A stretch of 29,418 nucleotides of DNA, from IMG/VR virus record IMGVR_UViG_3300033073_001657, positions 1 to 29,418 of that record. One strand, written 5' to 3'. Below the pieces are notes generated by a model. That model was not told the DNA's origin, did no database searches, and worked only from the letters and a program-made list of their open reading frames with translations. Numbering within the stretch: the stretch's first letter is position 1; every line of letters begins with the position of its first letter. Position numbers and translations under genes: made by a program. Of this stretch, positions 16,597-26,401 are shown one piece after another. This DNA comes from a virus (taxonomy: Duplodnaviria; Heunggongvirae; Uroviricota; Caudoviricetes).

Positions 16597-17256
16597 TTAT
16601 TTAGTTTTTGACCATTGACTTAAGTAATCGAGCGTCATCAATGGAAGAGGAGGAGAACCTGCCCCTGAATGTGTGTGAGAATTAAACAAAGACATAAATG
16701 CATTTCCTTTTATCAAGGCTTCAGTCGCATCTTTACCTAATTCTATATTTGGCGAATCGACAACCACTTTATTATCAGTTTTTATAGTTATCAGGTTATC
16801 TGGCGCCAAGTTTATGCTTGCTCCTTTTACCGAGATCGTTAGTCCTTTACTTACGCTAAACCATAATTTTAATTCCTGATCTCCGTCAAAAAGAACAATG
16901 TGACTTCCTTCATATTCAGTATTCAATTCTTCCTTTACGTCTTGTGCCAATTCATGAATAGCAAAGTATTCAGGAGAATAAGGATTACCGTTATCAAACT
17001 TTACTGCAACGATACTTCCGACTTTAGGAATAGAAATAGAGCCAGCCTTGCCCTCCTGTCCAAAGAAGAGACTCTTATTTTTAGGATAAGCCCATGGAAT
17101 ATCCTCAGCGGGTAAATCGTCATGAATGCTATATACTCTAACTCTAGCTCTACCCTCTTTTCTAGGATCGTCTATAAGCTCGACTACACCTAAGAATTGC
17201 TTGTCTCTTAAGTCATCGATATCTCTATTTGATATGTCGTGATTTCTGTCTAGCAT
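16597..17256 (-). CDS. Baseplate central spike (gp5 N-terminal OB-fold / gpV-like)
   Basis: FLGVVELIDDPRKEGRARVRV, DIPWAYP, SIPKVGSIVAVKFDNGNPYSPEY, C-terminal NSHTH (HxH apex). No lysozyme domain. Confidence 0.85.
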   Translation of the reverse strand: MLDRNHDISNRDIDDLRDKQFLGVVELIDDPRKEGRARVRVYSIHDDLPAEDIPWAYPKNKSLFFGQEGKAGSISIPKVGSIVAVKFDNGNPYSPEYFAIHELAQDVKEELNTEYEGSHIVLFDGDQELKLWFSVSKGLTISVKGASINLAPDNLITIKTDNKVVVDSPNIELGKDATEALIKGNAFMSLFNSHTHSGAGSPPLPLMTLDYLSQWSKTK

Positions 17257-17288
17257 ATTTAATTTTTACTTTATCTAATCATTAAGTT

Positions 17289-18398
17289 TTACCTAGGATT
17301 ATTTGTAGGATATATGTCACCAATATTTTTAATATTCGGTCCGCCGAAAGCTGCACCTAGTGCAGGATTCACAAGACCGCCGACTAATTTTAATTTTTCT
17401 TGTAATCCCTGTACTCCCTTATCCACGAATCCTCCGACGTATGGAAGATCAGACGCTCCATTCACTTTAGATTGGATATTTGCTGCAGTATTCAATGCGC
17501 TCCATGGATCATTTAGTGCATTAATAATAAGATCATCTGAAATTTTTGAAGAATCATGATATTCACTTTCTTCTTCAAAATATCCTACGTTAATTTTAAA
17601 TTTATTCGTAGCCGGTTCAGTTGATTTAGTCGTATCTATGCTTAATTCGGTCCCACCTGCAAAAGTCTCTGAGAAATCAAACTCACATTGTCTACACTTA
17701 AATTTCATGTATCCAAATTGTTTCATCGGGTTACTTTGATCCAATTGCTGATTTCCTAATAGTGAGCCTAATCCTGCACTAGCATCAGTAAGTGTCTTAT
17801 TTAAACCGCTCGTATCTATTCCTAGAGCACTTGTCATATTACTAAAAGAACCAGCCGGATTATATCGAATGTTTCTAGCTTCAGCGATGTATATGTCAAC
17901 ACAGAACCATCGTAAGTTATCAGGTATCATTTCTCTCATGTATACTTTATCGTATACTGCAGATCTATATAAGTTAGCAATTTCAGTTATCCTTAAGTCT
18001 ATTGCTTCAAGTGTTTCAATAGTTAGGACAGCTTCCTTTCCCTTCCAGGCAGTTGTCATATCTGTCGCATTTGACCAAAGTGTATCTAATCCTTTAATGG
18101 ATTGAAAATACCATGGTGCATTAAATGTTAAATATTCCAGAATGGACTTGAATTTTGCTAAGTTCGCCTCCTTGTCTTTATATCCAATTGATCCTAAGTA
18201 TGTCTGAGCACTATAATAATTATTCTCTGATCCCTTTTCAAAGAGAGGACTCATATTCAATAACTCTTCTCCCAAACCTAAGCTTTCAAATCTAAAATCC
18301 AACGCAAATGTTAAATATGTCGGCTGATCATATGGGTCCATGAAAAAACCCTTTTTGAAATTATCGACTTTATTTCTTACTCCATAAAAATTATGCAT
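17289..18398 (-). CDS. Probable tail/baseplate structural protein (tube-like fold possible)
   Basis: 369-aa ORF between the hub and spike genes; beta-rich N-terminal two-thirds. Function inferred from position only. Confidence 0.45.
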   Translation of the reverse strand: MHNFYGVRNKVDNFKKGFFMDPYDQPTYLTFALDFRFESLGLGEELLNMSPLFEKGSENNYYSAQTYLGSIGYKDKEANLAKFKSILEYLTFNAPWYFQSIKGLDTLWSNATDMTTAWKGKEAVLTIETLEAIDLRITEIANLYRSAVYDKVYMREMIPDNLRWFCVDIYIAEARNIRYNPAGSFSNMTSALGIDTSGLNKTLTDASAGLGSLLGNQQLDQSNPMKQFGYMKFKCRQCEFDFSETFAGGTELSIDTTKSTEPATNKFKINVGYFEEESEYHDSSKISDDLIINALNDPWSALNTAANIQSKVNGASDLPYVGGFVDKGVQGLQEKLKLVGGLVNPALGAAFGGPNIKNIGDIYPTNNPR

Positions 18399-19902
18399 TA
18401 GCTGTAAAAATTATTTTATTTGGAGTCCACTCTCTTCTAGCTAAGATGAGCTCTGTGTAAAAAGAATGTTCATCAGTGGGATCAAACGTATATCTTGCTT
18501 CTTTTACATAATACCAACCAGTAAGCTGTGAATCTAACACTTCTCCCTCCATTTTTTGACTATTTGTGTCTATCTGGTCCTCTCCAGTAGGATCAGTTTC
18601 TTTACGTATTTTTTCTCCTAATGATGAAGTTAGTAACACAGGTATCGTCATTCCTCTAATCACTTGAAAATTTACCCCTTTCAAAAGAACTCTAAGTTTT
18701 ATTTTTTCAAGCTCTTTTAAATTATGTGAATTAAAAACTCTAGCCGCATTCCAATGCTCGTGAGTATTACCATAATTAATATTCATCCATTTCTTATTAC
18801 CAACTTCTTCCATTCCTTCATCATCTGGAATCAACATTGACGAATCAGGTAGATTTGGAGTATTCGTAGGAGCAACAAAAAATTCCTTAAACTTATTAAG
18901 TTTTCCATTCTTTACTTCTACTGGTTCGAAGTGATCATAATAATAAATCTTTTTCTTATATCCGTCTCTTTTAAGAACTGCACCCTGATCAGATATTAAA
19001 TTTGCTTCATATATGTAATTAGGTTGTTTTAAATTCTTTCTTAGATTCGTTAAGAAATTGACGACTGTCGCCTCAGCAAATGCAGTATTTACTGGATCGT
19101 TCTTCTGTGTTTGTGATACGCCAATCGACAAAGGATCCGAGTTACTTGAAAACATTTCATCCACTTCAGTTTGAGCCATCTGTTCATTTACATTAATTAA
19201 ATTAAAGATTAACTCTTTACTTATAAACCCTGAAAAGAACGATTCATCATCTTGATATACATAATTTATTATATCTTTTAGGAAATTCGCTGGACTAGTA
19301 TTGTAATTTATCCAAGTCATAGTATCAACTGGTGTAAAATCATTTTGCGCATATCCTAATCCTAAATCAGAACACACTGCCTGAATAGTTTCAGATGAAG
19401 TCATATTGGGATAACTCTTAGATACATTGTTGTACAATCTAGGAACAAACAGCTCGGCCTTAATCATATACGTTATTCCTTTGCTTAAAGTCAAGTTAAT
19501 TCCTCTATTCTTAACAGGTATTGATTTTACACTAGTAATTAAATAATCTGACCTAACTGGTTTTAATTTATCATTTCCACTATTTATGAATATGCTTAAA
19601 ATCAAATTTCTTTTTGGAAAATAATTTCCAGAAAATTCTCCGGCAGAGTCAGTAAATGTTATATCTACCTTTGGAATAAAACCCGACTCGTCTATGACTA
19701 GATATTCGATATCTGTTACTACTTGCCCTGCCAATTTAACAAAAGGTGTATTTACACCGGCCTTTTGACTAAAATCCTGATGATTCTTATTTTTTCTAGT
19801 AATCGATGGAGTTGTGCTCTCATTCGAGTTATCAAAATCATCCAGAGTTATCAATTTAATCGATGGCTGGCTATACGTTTTTATTATTTGTTTAAATGCC
19901 AT
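18391..19902 (-). CDS. Probable baseplate hub protein (gp27/gpD-like)
   Basis: Sits between LysM/gp53-like and spike genes. IPKVDITFTDS near the N-terminus; C-terminal GWYYVKEARYTFD...FYTELILARREW is typical of hub proteins. Confidence 0.6.
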   Translation of the reverse strand: MAFKQIIKTYSQPSIKLITLDDFDNSNESTTPSITRKNKNHQDFSQKAGVNTPFVKLAGQVVTDIEYLVIDESGFIPKVDITFTDSAGEFSGNYFPKRNLILSIFINSGNDKLKPVRSDYLITSVKSIPVKNRGINLTLSKGITYMIKAELFVPRLYNNVSKSYPNMTSSETIQAVCSDLGLGYAQNDFTPVDTMTWINYNTSPANFLKDIINYVYQDDESFFSGFISKELIFNLINVNEQMAQTEVDEMFSSNSDPLSIGVSQTQKNDPVNTAFAEATVVNFLTNLRKNLKQPNYIYEANLISDQGAVLKRDGYKKKIYYYDHFEPVEVKNGKLNKFKEFFVAPTNTPNLPDSSMLIPDDEGMEEVGNKKWMNINYGNTHEHWNAARVFNSHNLKELEKIKLRVLLKGVNFQVIRGMTIPVLLTSSLGEKIRKETDPTGEDQIDTNSQKMEGEVLDSQLTGWYYVKEARYTFDPTDEHSFYTELILARREWTPNKIIFTANA

Positions 19903-19904
19903 TA

Positions 19905-20489
19905 TTAAATGCCAGTTTTATTTTTCAATTGATCCTGTACTCTATTTCGAGTAGAAGATTGATTAGTATTTGTTGAACTAGTCTGAGTCATTTCTCCACC
20001 GAGAATTACTCTCCCATTTACTACTTTTACGTTCTGTACACCAGTTAAATTAACATTCGGTGGAACTACCTCAGAAACCTTTGTCCTAATTGAATCAAGT
20101 CTCTGTTTATCTTTACTTGTTTTAGGCTTAATGACAGCATCTTCATTTTTCTTAGCAGGGTCAGTTCCTTTTTCTGATACTATTTTTGGTGGAACTACCA
20201 TTTTTGAAAGCTCATTAGATGCTGGAATCAATAATATCTCTCCCTGGTTTAAAGAAAAAGGATTAGATATTCCATTAAATTTTAATACTGCATCCCAACT
20301 ATCTTGTGAAGAATATACGCGTTCTGCCAATAAGTCGGGTCGCATCGTCTCATATTCTGACACAACAATCGGGCCAGCTGAAATACTCGTTTCTCCAAAT
20401 TTAAACGTAGAACTAATTAAGTCGGTCATTGATTCACCTAATAAATTAGTAACGATTCTTTTTACTTTTAATAATTTAGAACTTAACAT
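19905..20489 (-). CDS. Baseplate wedge gp53 / LysM-like protein
   Basis: VVSEYETMRPDLLAERVYSSQDSWDAVLKFNGISNPFSLNQGEILLIP. Confidence 0.75.
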   Translation of the reverse strand: MLSSKLLKVKRIVTNLLGESMTDLISSTFKFGETSISAGPIVVSEYETMRPDLLAERVYSSQDSWDAVLKFNGISNPFSLNQGEILLIPASNELSKMVVPPKIVSEKGTDPAKKNEDAVIKPKTSKDKQRLDSIRTKVSEVVPPNVNLTGVQNVKVVNGRVILGGEMTQTSSTNTNQSSTRNRVQDQLKNKTGI

Positions 20490-20491
20490 AA

Positions 20492-22396
20492 TTAATCAAC
20501 AGTATATAATTTTAAAAAATAATCAGGTAGAATTTTAGATGCTCCAAATCCGGGTCCATATATTGAAGAGACGCTCGGCTCAAAGTATTTAGCAACTTCT
20601 TTTGCTCTAGACATTGACGTCTCCACGTTCTGTGCAGAAGTAGTTGCAGCCGGCTTAGCAGCAGCCTCTAATCCAGTAGAAGTCGGTAGAGTCCCAGTTG
20701 AATCTAATAGTCTTCTACTGTTATATTCACCATATGAGTTTCTTGTACTTGCAGGTGGCTCAAGAGCAGTAAAGTACATGTCACCGCCGCCGTGATTAAA
20801 CATAGACTCAATGTCCTGTTTTGCCCTAGGTCTTCCATGATCTAAAGTGACTGTGAATTTCACTTCAGTTGGGAAATCATCTGCTCCAAGTTCATCTGAA
20901 AAATTAATTGATGTGCTTTTTAGAATTAAGTTACCTATTGCTGCCACTGGATCCATCGGATTACCCACCATTAAGTGCCATTCGCCTACTGCTCGACCAT
21001 CAGCTAATGCTCTCATTACTAGTGGAGTCTGGTGTAGATTGCCTATTCTTGAAGCAATCAGATTCTGTCCAACTCTACTTCCTGCAAAATCACCTGCAAT
21101 CTTTTTCATTTTTTCTACAACACCGTCTCCTCCTTTTGCAGTATTTCCAACATTATTTAAAAATTCCTTAAGATCTGCTCCGCCTGCTTGTACCATTTGA
21201 GAAAGCATTGACATCAATTGCTTTGATGCATCAGCATAGTCTCCTTTTTCCATAGAGTCAGTATTAAATCCAGGCAAAAGCGGACCAGTCTGTTGAAAAT
21301 AACGATATCCTCCTCCCCAAAAAGATGCTCTATTATATGTTAATGATAAAAAATTACTAATCAAATCTAGCATTACGATCTTTGGATTAAGACCGGCAAG
21401 TTGACCGTTTGCTCGTAGTCTATATTCAAAAGTTAATGCAATCTCATTTTTAAAATCATATCCTCTATCTCTAATATACGTCTGATCAATCACATTCAAA
21501 GGACCTCTTACTCTATTTGCATACGAACCATCATCAAATTGTTTCTTTAGATTTTCTTGCAAAGTTTTATCATATCCAGATATAGCAAAAGGATTAGTCT
21601 CTCCCATGCTTCCAAAGGATGCAATTAACGCTTGTCTAGCCGTCTCATTTTTTATACCGGCAGCATCTAATAAGCTCTCTAATTTAATCTCATTTCCTTG
21701 AACATCCTGTATTTTATCTTCGCCTTCACCAGGATACAGCTTCCAATTGAATCCCCAAGTCATGCCAAGAATCTTAGATAATGAGTTGTCAGTATCTCCA
21801 CCCCACCATGTGACTGCTTGTGCAATCGGAATAAGCGGTAATTTATCTGAACTTACTTGTAAATTATCTTCAACTGGCATCGGATATCTACGTAAAGTCA
21901 ATAGTCTATTATTTGGAATTTTACCATACCATTTACATTGGGTAAAATCTTGAAGAGAATAAGGATATGGATATAACGGACCTTTATGATTTGATGCAAA
22001 TTCAGCTTGTTTATTTGCCCATTTATAAATATTAATTGCACTTGGGTTCTGAACTACCATTTTCTCCTTGCGTTGTTCTCGAAGAGCCGATGCGTTTAAT
22101 TGCAATAATGCTTTTGAGCTATCATACGTTAGTCTATGTCCAGATAAGTTATAGTTACCTGTAGTATTCGCATTCGCACCTGAACCAAATTCAGAATATC
22201 TAAAAATATAGAATGGATTAAACAGAGAAGAAGTCCCGATTATTGGTATCTGTTCACCGGATGCTCCATCAACCTTTGCATTCTTCTCAACAGTTCCGCT
22301 ATCGGTTTGCTGTTGTTGTGAAGTAGTCGAATTAACGGATGAAAAATTTAGAATATCTGCAGAAACTCCATTTACTCCTAATATCGGTCCTTTCAT
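20492..22396 (-). CDS. Probable tail/baseplate structural protein (gp48/gp54-like possible)
   Basis: 634-aa ORF, first gene of the baseplate operon and downstream of a late promoter motif. Function inferred from context. Confidence 0.45.
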   Translation of the reverse strand: MKGPILGVNGVSADILNFSSVNSTTSQQQQTDSGTVEKNAKVDGASGEQIPIIGTSSLFNPFYIFRYSEFGSGANANTTGNYNLSGHRLTYDSSKALLQLNASALREQRKEKMVVQNPSAINIYKWANKQAEFASNHKGPLYPYPYSLQDFTQCKWYGKIPNNRLLTLRRYPMPVEDNLQVSSDKLPLIPIAQAVTWWGGDTDNSLSKILGMTWGFNWKLYPGEGEDKIQDVQGNEIKLESLLDAAGIKNETARQALIASFGSMGETNPFAISGYDKTLQENLKKQFDDGSYANRVRGPLNVIDQTYIRDRGYDFKNEIALTFEYRLRANGQLAGLNPKIVMLDLISNFLSLTYNRASFWGGGYRYFQQTGPLLPGFNTDSMEKGDYADASKQLMSMLSQMVQAGGADLKEFLNNVGNTAKGGDGVVEKMKKIAGDFAGSRVGQNLIASRIGNLHQTPLVMRALADGRAVGEWHLMVGNPMDPVAAIGNLILKSTSINFSDELGADDFPTEVKFTVTLDHGRPRAKQDIESMFNHGGGDMYFTALEPPASTRNSYGEYNSRRLLDSTGTLPTSTGLEAAAKPAATTSAQNVETSMSRAKEVAKYFEPSVSSIYGPGFGASKILPDYFLKLYTVD

Positions 22397-22410
22397 TATC
22401 TCAGTTTTTA

Positions 22411-22419
22411 TTATTTATT
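22411..22419 (-). promoter_or_regulatory. T4-late-like promoter (T)AATAAATAA(TAAAA)
   Basis: 14 nt upstream of ATG 22396. Confidence 0.6.
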
Positions 22420-22439
22420 AGGATTTAAAAGAAGTAAGA

Positions 22440-24383
22440 TTAGCCCTTACTTTTCATAAAATCATTAAAGTTTGAAACTTTCGTTACAATCTTTTTCTTT
22501 TTACTCTTTTTACCTGGACCAGCCAATGCAAAAGTATCCATGTTATCGGTCGGTAAGGTGTCAGGCGTCTGGAAAGTAGCCCCTGGAGCAACTCCAGCCG
22601 CATCTTCATTTGCTTTCTTTTCAGCTGTCTTGTAGAATTTAGGGCCTTCTCCTTTTTCATATGGAGTAAGTCCTACTGCATCTAATCTCATTTTATTGGT
22701 CGCTTTTTCAACTCCTTTTTCAAAGTCTCGACCTCCCTGTTTGCTTACGCCATATACTCCACCTTTAATGATACTATATAGACCATTAAAGACCGCTTGA
22801 TTTTGGTCTGCGTTCTTTTTAGCCAATGCCATATCACCACGATCTGGGATAGTTGAAAACAAACCAACGGCTATCTGACCTAGTCCTTTAAGAAAGTTCT
22901 TTAGTGGGCTCTCAGCGATTCGATCTGCCTCACTAACAGCTAATCTTACCTTTTGATAAAGAGGAAGACGGAGGTCAGGTTTTAGCTGGATACCTTTAAA
23001 GTTCTTCATGTTAAAGTCTTTAGAAAGATAATAATTTTTGATCTCTTTCTCCTTCTCTTGAGTAATTGATTTGACCTTAGCTATCGCGTTATCCGTATCT
23101 CTTTTTGATAATTCGCCATCGACTTCGCTCTCAATATATTTAATTATCCATACACTACTGATCTGTAGATATGCCAATTGATTCTCTTCAAGTGCACTCT
23201 CTTGGGTTCTAGCTGAATTGTTGAATTGTGCAATCCTTGCCGAATCTATCAATACTTCTTTGATCGAAGCTTCTAACCATGCAGTATTTTGGCTTTCGAG
23301 CTTCTTAAACAGTTTATAGTAATCTCCACCTGGAGGAGTTATTTCGCCATTTGACATAGGTGGAAGAAGCGCTGAACTCAATGCGCTCATTAGTTTTTCC
23401 TTGATCCTATTCTTTTTTCTTAGACTTGGTCTCTCATTCTTAGTGATCTCCTTCTCTTTTGCCTTGATTGGGCCAGCAAAGAATTTAGAATAGCCTAGAG
23501 CATCGATTAGAGGTTTCCAATCGACTTGTAGTCTCTCCATAGTCTTCTCGTCATTCGGCAAGTTTGAAATTACGTGCTCTGTATCTTTCATTGAACCGGC
23601 AACTTCCTTTCGGATCGTATCTTCTGTTCTCTGTACGAGCTTAGTTAACTTTTTCTTATATGAATCATTCGCTAGAGCCTTAGCCTTTTCTGCGATCTCA
23701 GGATTCTTTTCAAGGAGGTCTGCAAGCTCCTCTTTCTTCATTACTTTCGATTCTCCATTTGAGTCTATTACTTCAAACTCATTAGTCTCAACTGTATTAT
23801 CGATGCTTCCGATCTTATTGACCTTAACCGTCGGCTGATCAGATTCAGTAGAAGTGATTAGAGCAGCATCTAATTGTTTTAATGCCAAGAGTAAATTGGT
23901 CTCTTTATCTAGTTCTGGCAAGTCCGATGCATACTTAAATATTAGGTGCATCTTATAGATTCTTCCCTTAACGTCAGCTTCTCTTAAAATAAATTTCTTA
24001 TATCCTTCAAAATTAAGAGACGGGTCAGTCTTCTTCTTATCTGATGATAGAGCACTTAGACTCTTTTTAGATTTAGTTAAGTATTCGCTCATCCACTCAA
24101 CTTTTCCAGGAGCAACTAACGCAAGTAATACCTTCTGTAATTCAGGCTGGTCCTTTATTTTTTCCAGTGTAAGAATATCTACCTTCTGTAAGACTTGTTC
24201 AATTGATTCAAAGGAAGTTGTTCTAGCGATTCTATCTGAGGTATCTCCGCCTATTCCTGACTCAATTATATTGAGAAGTTGGTCAAATTCAGATGATTTA
24301 TTATCGTCTTCCTTCTCTTCAGTCTCATTTACTATCGACTCGTTGATTCTAAGCCAGTTTCTTAAATATGCTTCAAAACTCAT
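22440..24383 (-). CDS. Large hypothetical helical protein, probable virion/head-internal protein
   Basis: 647 aa; N-terminus MSFEAYLRNWLRINES, C-terminus KKSKKKKIVTKVSNFNDFMKSKG. Confidence 0.75.
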   Translation of the reverse strand: MSFEAYLRNWLRINESIVNETEEKEDDNKSSEFDQLLNIIESGIGGDTSDRIARTTSFESIEQVLQKVDILTLEKIKDQPELQKVLLALVAPGKVEWMSEYLTKSKKSLSALSSDKKKTDPSLNFEGYKKFILREADVKGRIYKMHLIFKYASDLPELDKETNLLLALKQLDAALITSTESDQPTVKVNKIGSIDNTVETNEFEVIDSNGESKVMKKEELADLLEKNPEIAEKAKALANDSYKKKLTKLVQRTEDTIRKEVAGSMKDTEHVISNLPNDEKTMERLQVDWKPLIDALGYSKFFAGPIKAKEKEITKNERPSLRKKNRIKEKLMSALSSALLPPMSNGEITPPGGDYYKLFKKLESQNTAWLEASIKEVLIDSARIAQFNNSARTQESALEENQLAYLQISSVWIIKYIESEVDGELSKRDTDNAIAKVKSITQEKEKEIKNYYLSKDFNMKNFKGIQLKPDLRLPLYQKVRLAVSEADRIAESPLKNFLKGLGQIAVGLFSTIPDRGDMALAKKNADQNQAVFNGLYSIIKGGVYGVSKQGGRDFEKGVEKATNKMRLDAVGLTPYEKGEGPKFYKTAEKKANEDAAGVAPGATFQTPDTLPTDNMDTFALAGPGKKSKKKKIVTKVSNFNDFMKSKG

Positions 24384-24402
24384 GTGATCTTTGAGATTTT
24401 AA

Positions 24403-24411
24403 TTATTTATC
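24403..24411 (-). promoter_or_regulatory. T4-late-like promoter GATAAATAA overlapping the upstream stop codon
   Basis: 19 nt upstream of ATG 24383. Confidence 0.5.
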
Positions 24412-24594
24412 TCTCTTTTTAAACTGCTCATATGGAATTACCCACATGTTTCGTTTAACTTCACCTTGCATGAAGTCATAAACGGATTTTCCGCCTTTAC
24501 TCTCCTCTGGGTGTTGAAGTACTGCGTTTTCTAGCTTCGCTTTACCTTTTCGGTAATCTTCAAAATTTTGCTGACTCTTGTTTTTCTTAGACAC
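24403..24594 (-). CDS. Small basic hypothetical protein (GTG start)
   Basis: 63-aa co-directional ORF filling the gap. Confidence 0.6.
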   Translation of the reverse strand: MSKKNKSQQNFEDYRKGKAKLENAVLQHPEESKGGKSVYDFMQGEVKRNMWVIPYEQFKKRDK

Positions 24595-24603
24595 ATCACT
24601 TGA

Positions 24604-24771
24604 TTATTTTAAAGTATCGATTGGCTCATTATCATTTCCACACTTATGGCATACATATAAATCATCGCCTCCATCAACGATTGCCCAATTCCATCCACAA
24701 TTATCACATATGATACGAGTATCCGTTACCTTTTCAAATATGTAAGTAACGTGGTTTAAAATATACTTCAT
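24604..24771 (-). CDS. 55-aa zinc-ribbon protein
   Basis: Below the ORF-track cutoff. MKYILNHVTYIFEKVTDTRIICDNCGWNWAIVDGGDDLYVCHKCGNDNEPIDTLK*, with CxxC...CxxC. Confidence 0.8.
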   Translation of the reverse strand: MKYILNHVTYIFEKVTDTRIICDNCGWNWAIVDGGDDLYVCHKCGNDNEPIDTLK

Positions 24772-24793
24772 AAAAATAGTACTTATTTCTAAG

Positions 24794-24802
24794 TTATTTA
24801 TT
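24794..24802 (-). promoter_or_regulatory. T4-late-like promoter AATAAATAA overlapping the upstream stop codon
   Basis: 22 nt upstream of ATG 24771. Confidence 0.4.
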
Positions 24803-26357
24803 TCAAAGTAGTATATTCTCCATTTATAAAGTTAATGTGTTGAGCTTTAGAGTCTTCGTGAATTATCACGTGAGATTGTAACCATGCACTAGCTCCTATG
24901 TTGTACCCGACTCTTAAATGAGTTGATGTTCCTACAGCTAGAGCTCCGTCCTTTCTTCCTGGCGAGTGATAATGTCCTACTACGATCTTATGATTCAGCT
25001 TTCTAAATTGCTGTAAAGATCCTCTACTACCATTCGAACCAATGTCTCCATGTTGACCTAATTCCCATCCATTAACAATATAACTGTCGCTTCTTCCTAG
25101 AGTTATAAAGTGTGGATATTTATTGTTTATCACCCATGGAATCACACCGTTTGGCGCTTCGCCGCTTAGAATAGCCGACGAATATTGCATGTATTCTAGC
25201 GAGTTTTTAGGAGTGACTGTTCTTCGCCAATCAGTATTTTTTAACCACCGGTCCACGAAATCATCATGATTGCTTCGAACAATGATAGTATTATAATCTT
25301 CAAACTCAGCTAAACACTGAAGTAATTGTTCAATCTCTTTCTTTAGAGAATTGGTACCATCTATCTCTTTTTGATATTGAAGGAATGGATCCTTCTCTTC
25401 ATGGTGACTAATTGATTTTCCATCAAATACATCATGTAATATCACGTGTTCTGGATGAAGATCCTCCATTAATTCTAGAGTCTTGTTAAGTACTCTAGGA
25501 TCATGACTACCGATATGAAGATCTCCCCAAACGATTGCAGATACTCGTTCAATCCTAGTAACTTCTTCTTGTTTTACTCTATAGAAAAGATCAGTAAAAC
25601 TTCCATCATCAGTTGCAGTGACCTGTCTCATAAAGAATATCTCTCCATTCTTGATCTCTACGATTACAAAACCTAGAGTATGGTGAAACTCTCCCTTTTT
25701 ACCCGATTTAGAATCAGTGTAATTCTTAATCGTACATGCTCCAGTGGTAACCATCATTTTTGGAGCATTTCCCTCAAGTACTGGAATCATCTCCATTTGT
25801 ACTTTAGGAGAACCAAAAACACAAGAGTTAATTCCACTTAATCCTTCCATTCCAGTCATTGGATTAACTGCAGTCGGTTGAATCTTCACGTCTGACATGA
25901 TAGATAAGTACTTATGAATGTCATGACGATTTGCGTCTAGATACCCTAATACTTCGTCTGCCCAAACTTCCTCATACTCTTGATTAGAAGTCCAAACGCT
26001 AGTTGGGTTTTTATATCGACCAGCAATCACATGAATATCAGCATTGATAAATTCAGCATATGCTTTAATATTATTTAGAAATTCAGTATGAACTGGTGTA
26101 TTGTTTTGTGCCCAAGTTATTATGAAGCGCTTAGTCTTCTTATTATACTCTCTTACTTGAGCTATTTTGAGTTGAGGTGAATCCTCTTGTATTCTTGTGG
26201 TGAGTTTGAGCTTTGAGACCCATTTTTCAATCGTTCGTCTAGAGCATTCGAATCTTTCAGATAAAGTTGAGATACGTTCATCCCAGGAAAGTTCTTTGTT
26301 GTAATAAGTCTCGCATATGTAAACTTTGTCAGATTCATCTAATTCATTAAACCTCAT
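24798..26357 (-). CDS. Calcineurin-like metallophosphoesterase with N-terminal HTH-like region
   Basis: WGDLH, HDVFDG, RSNHDD, QHGD and VGHYH correspond to the five metallophosphoesterase motifs. N-terminal LSERFECSRRTIEKW is HTH-like. Confidence 0.8.
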   Translation of the reverse strand: MRFNELDESDKVYICETYYNKELSWDERISTLSERFECSRRTIEKWVSKLKLTTRIQEDSPQLKIAQVREYNKKTKRFIITWAQNNTPVHTEFLNNIKAYAEFINADIHVIAGRYKNPTSVWTSNQEYEEVWADEVLGYLDANRHDIHKYLSIMSDVKIQPTAVNPMTGMEGLSGINSCVFGSPKVQMEMIPVLEGNAPKMMVTTGACTIKNYTDSKSGKKGEFHHTLGFVIVEIKNGEIFFMRQVTATDDGSFTDLFYRVKQEEVTRIERVSAIVWGDLHIGSHDPRVLNKTLELMEDLHPEHVILHDVFDGKSISHHEEKDPFLQYQKEIDGTNSLKKEIEQLLQCLAEFEDYNTIIVRSNHDDFVDRWLKNTDWRRTVTPKNSLEYMQYSSAILSGEAPNGVIPWVINNKYPHFITLGRSDSYIVNGWELGQHGDIGSNGSRGSLQQFRKLNHKIVVGHYHSPGRKDGALAVGTSTHLRVGYNIGASAWLQSHVIIHEDSKAQHINFINGEYTTLK

Positions 26358-26401
26358 ATTAGGAAAGTTTTGTATATTATATTAGAGAATCAATTAAAGT
26401 T

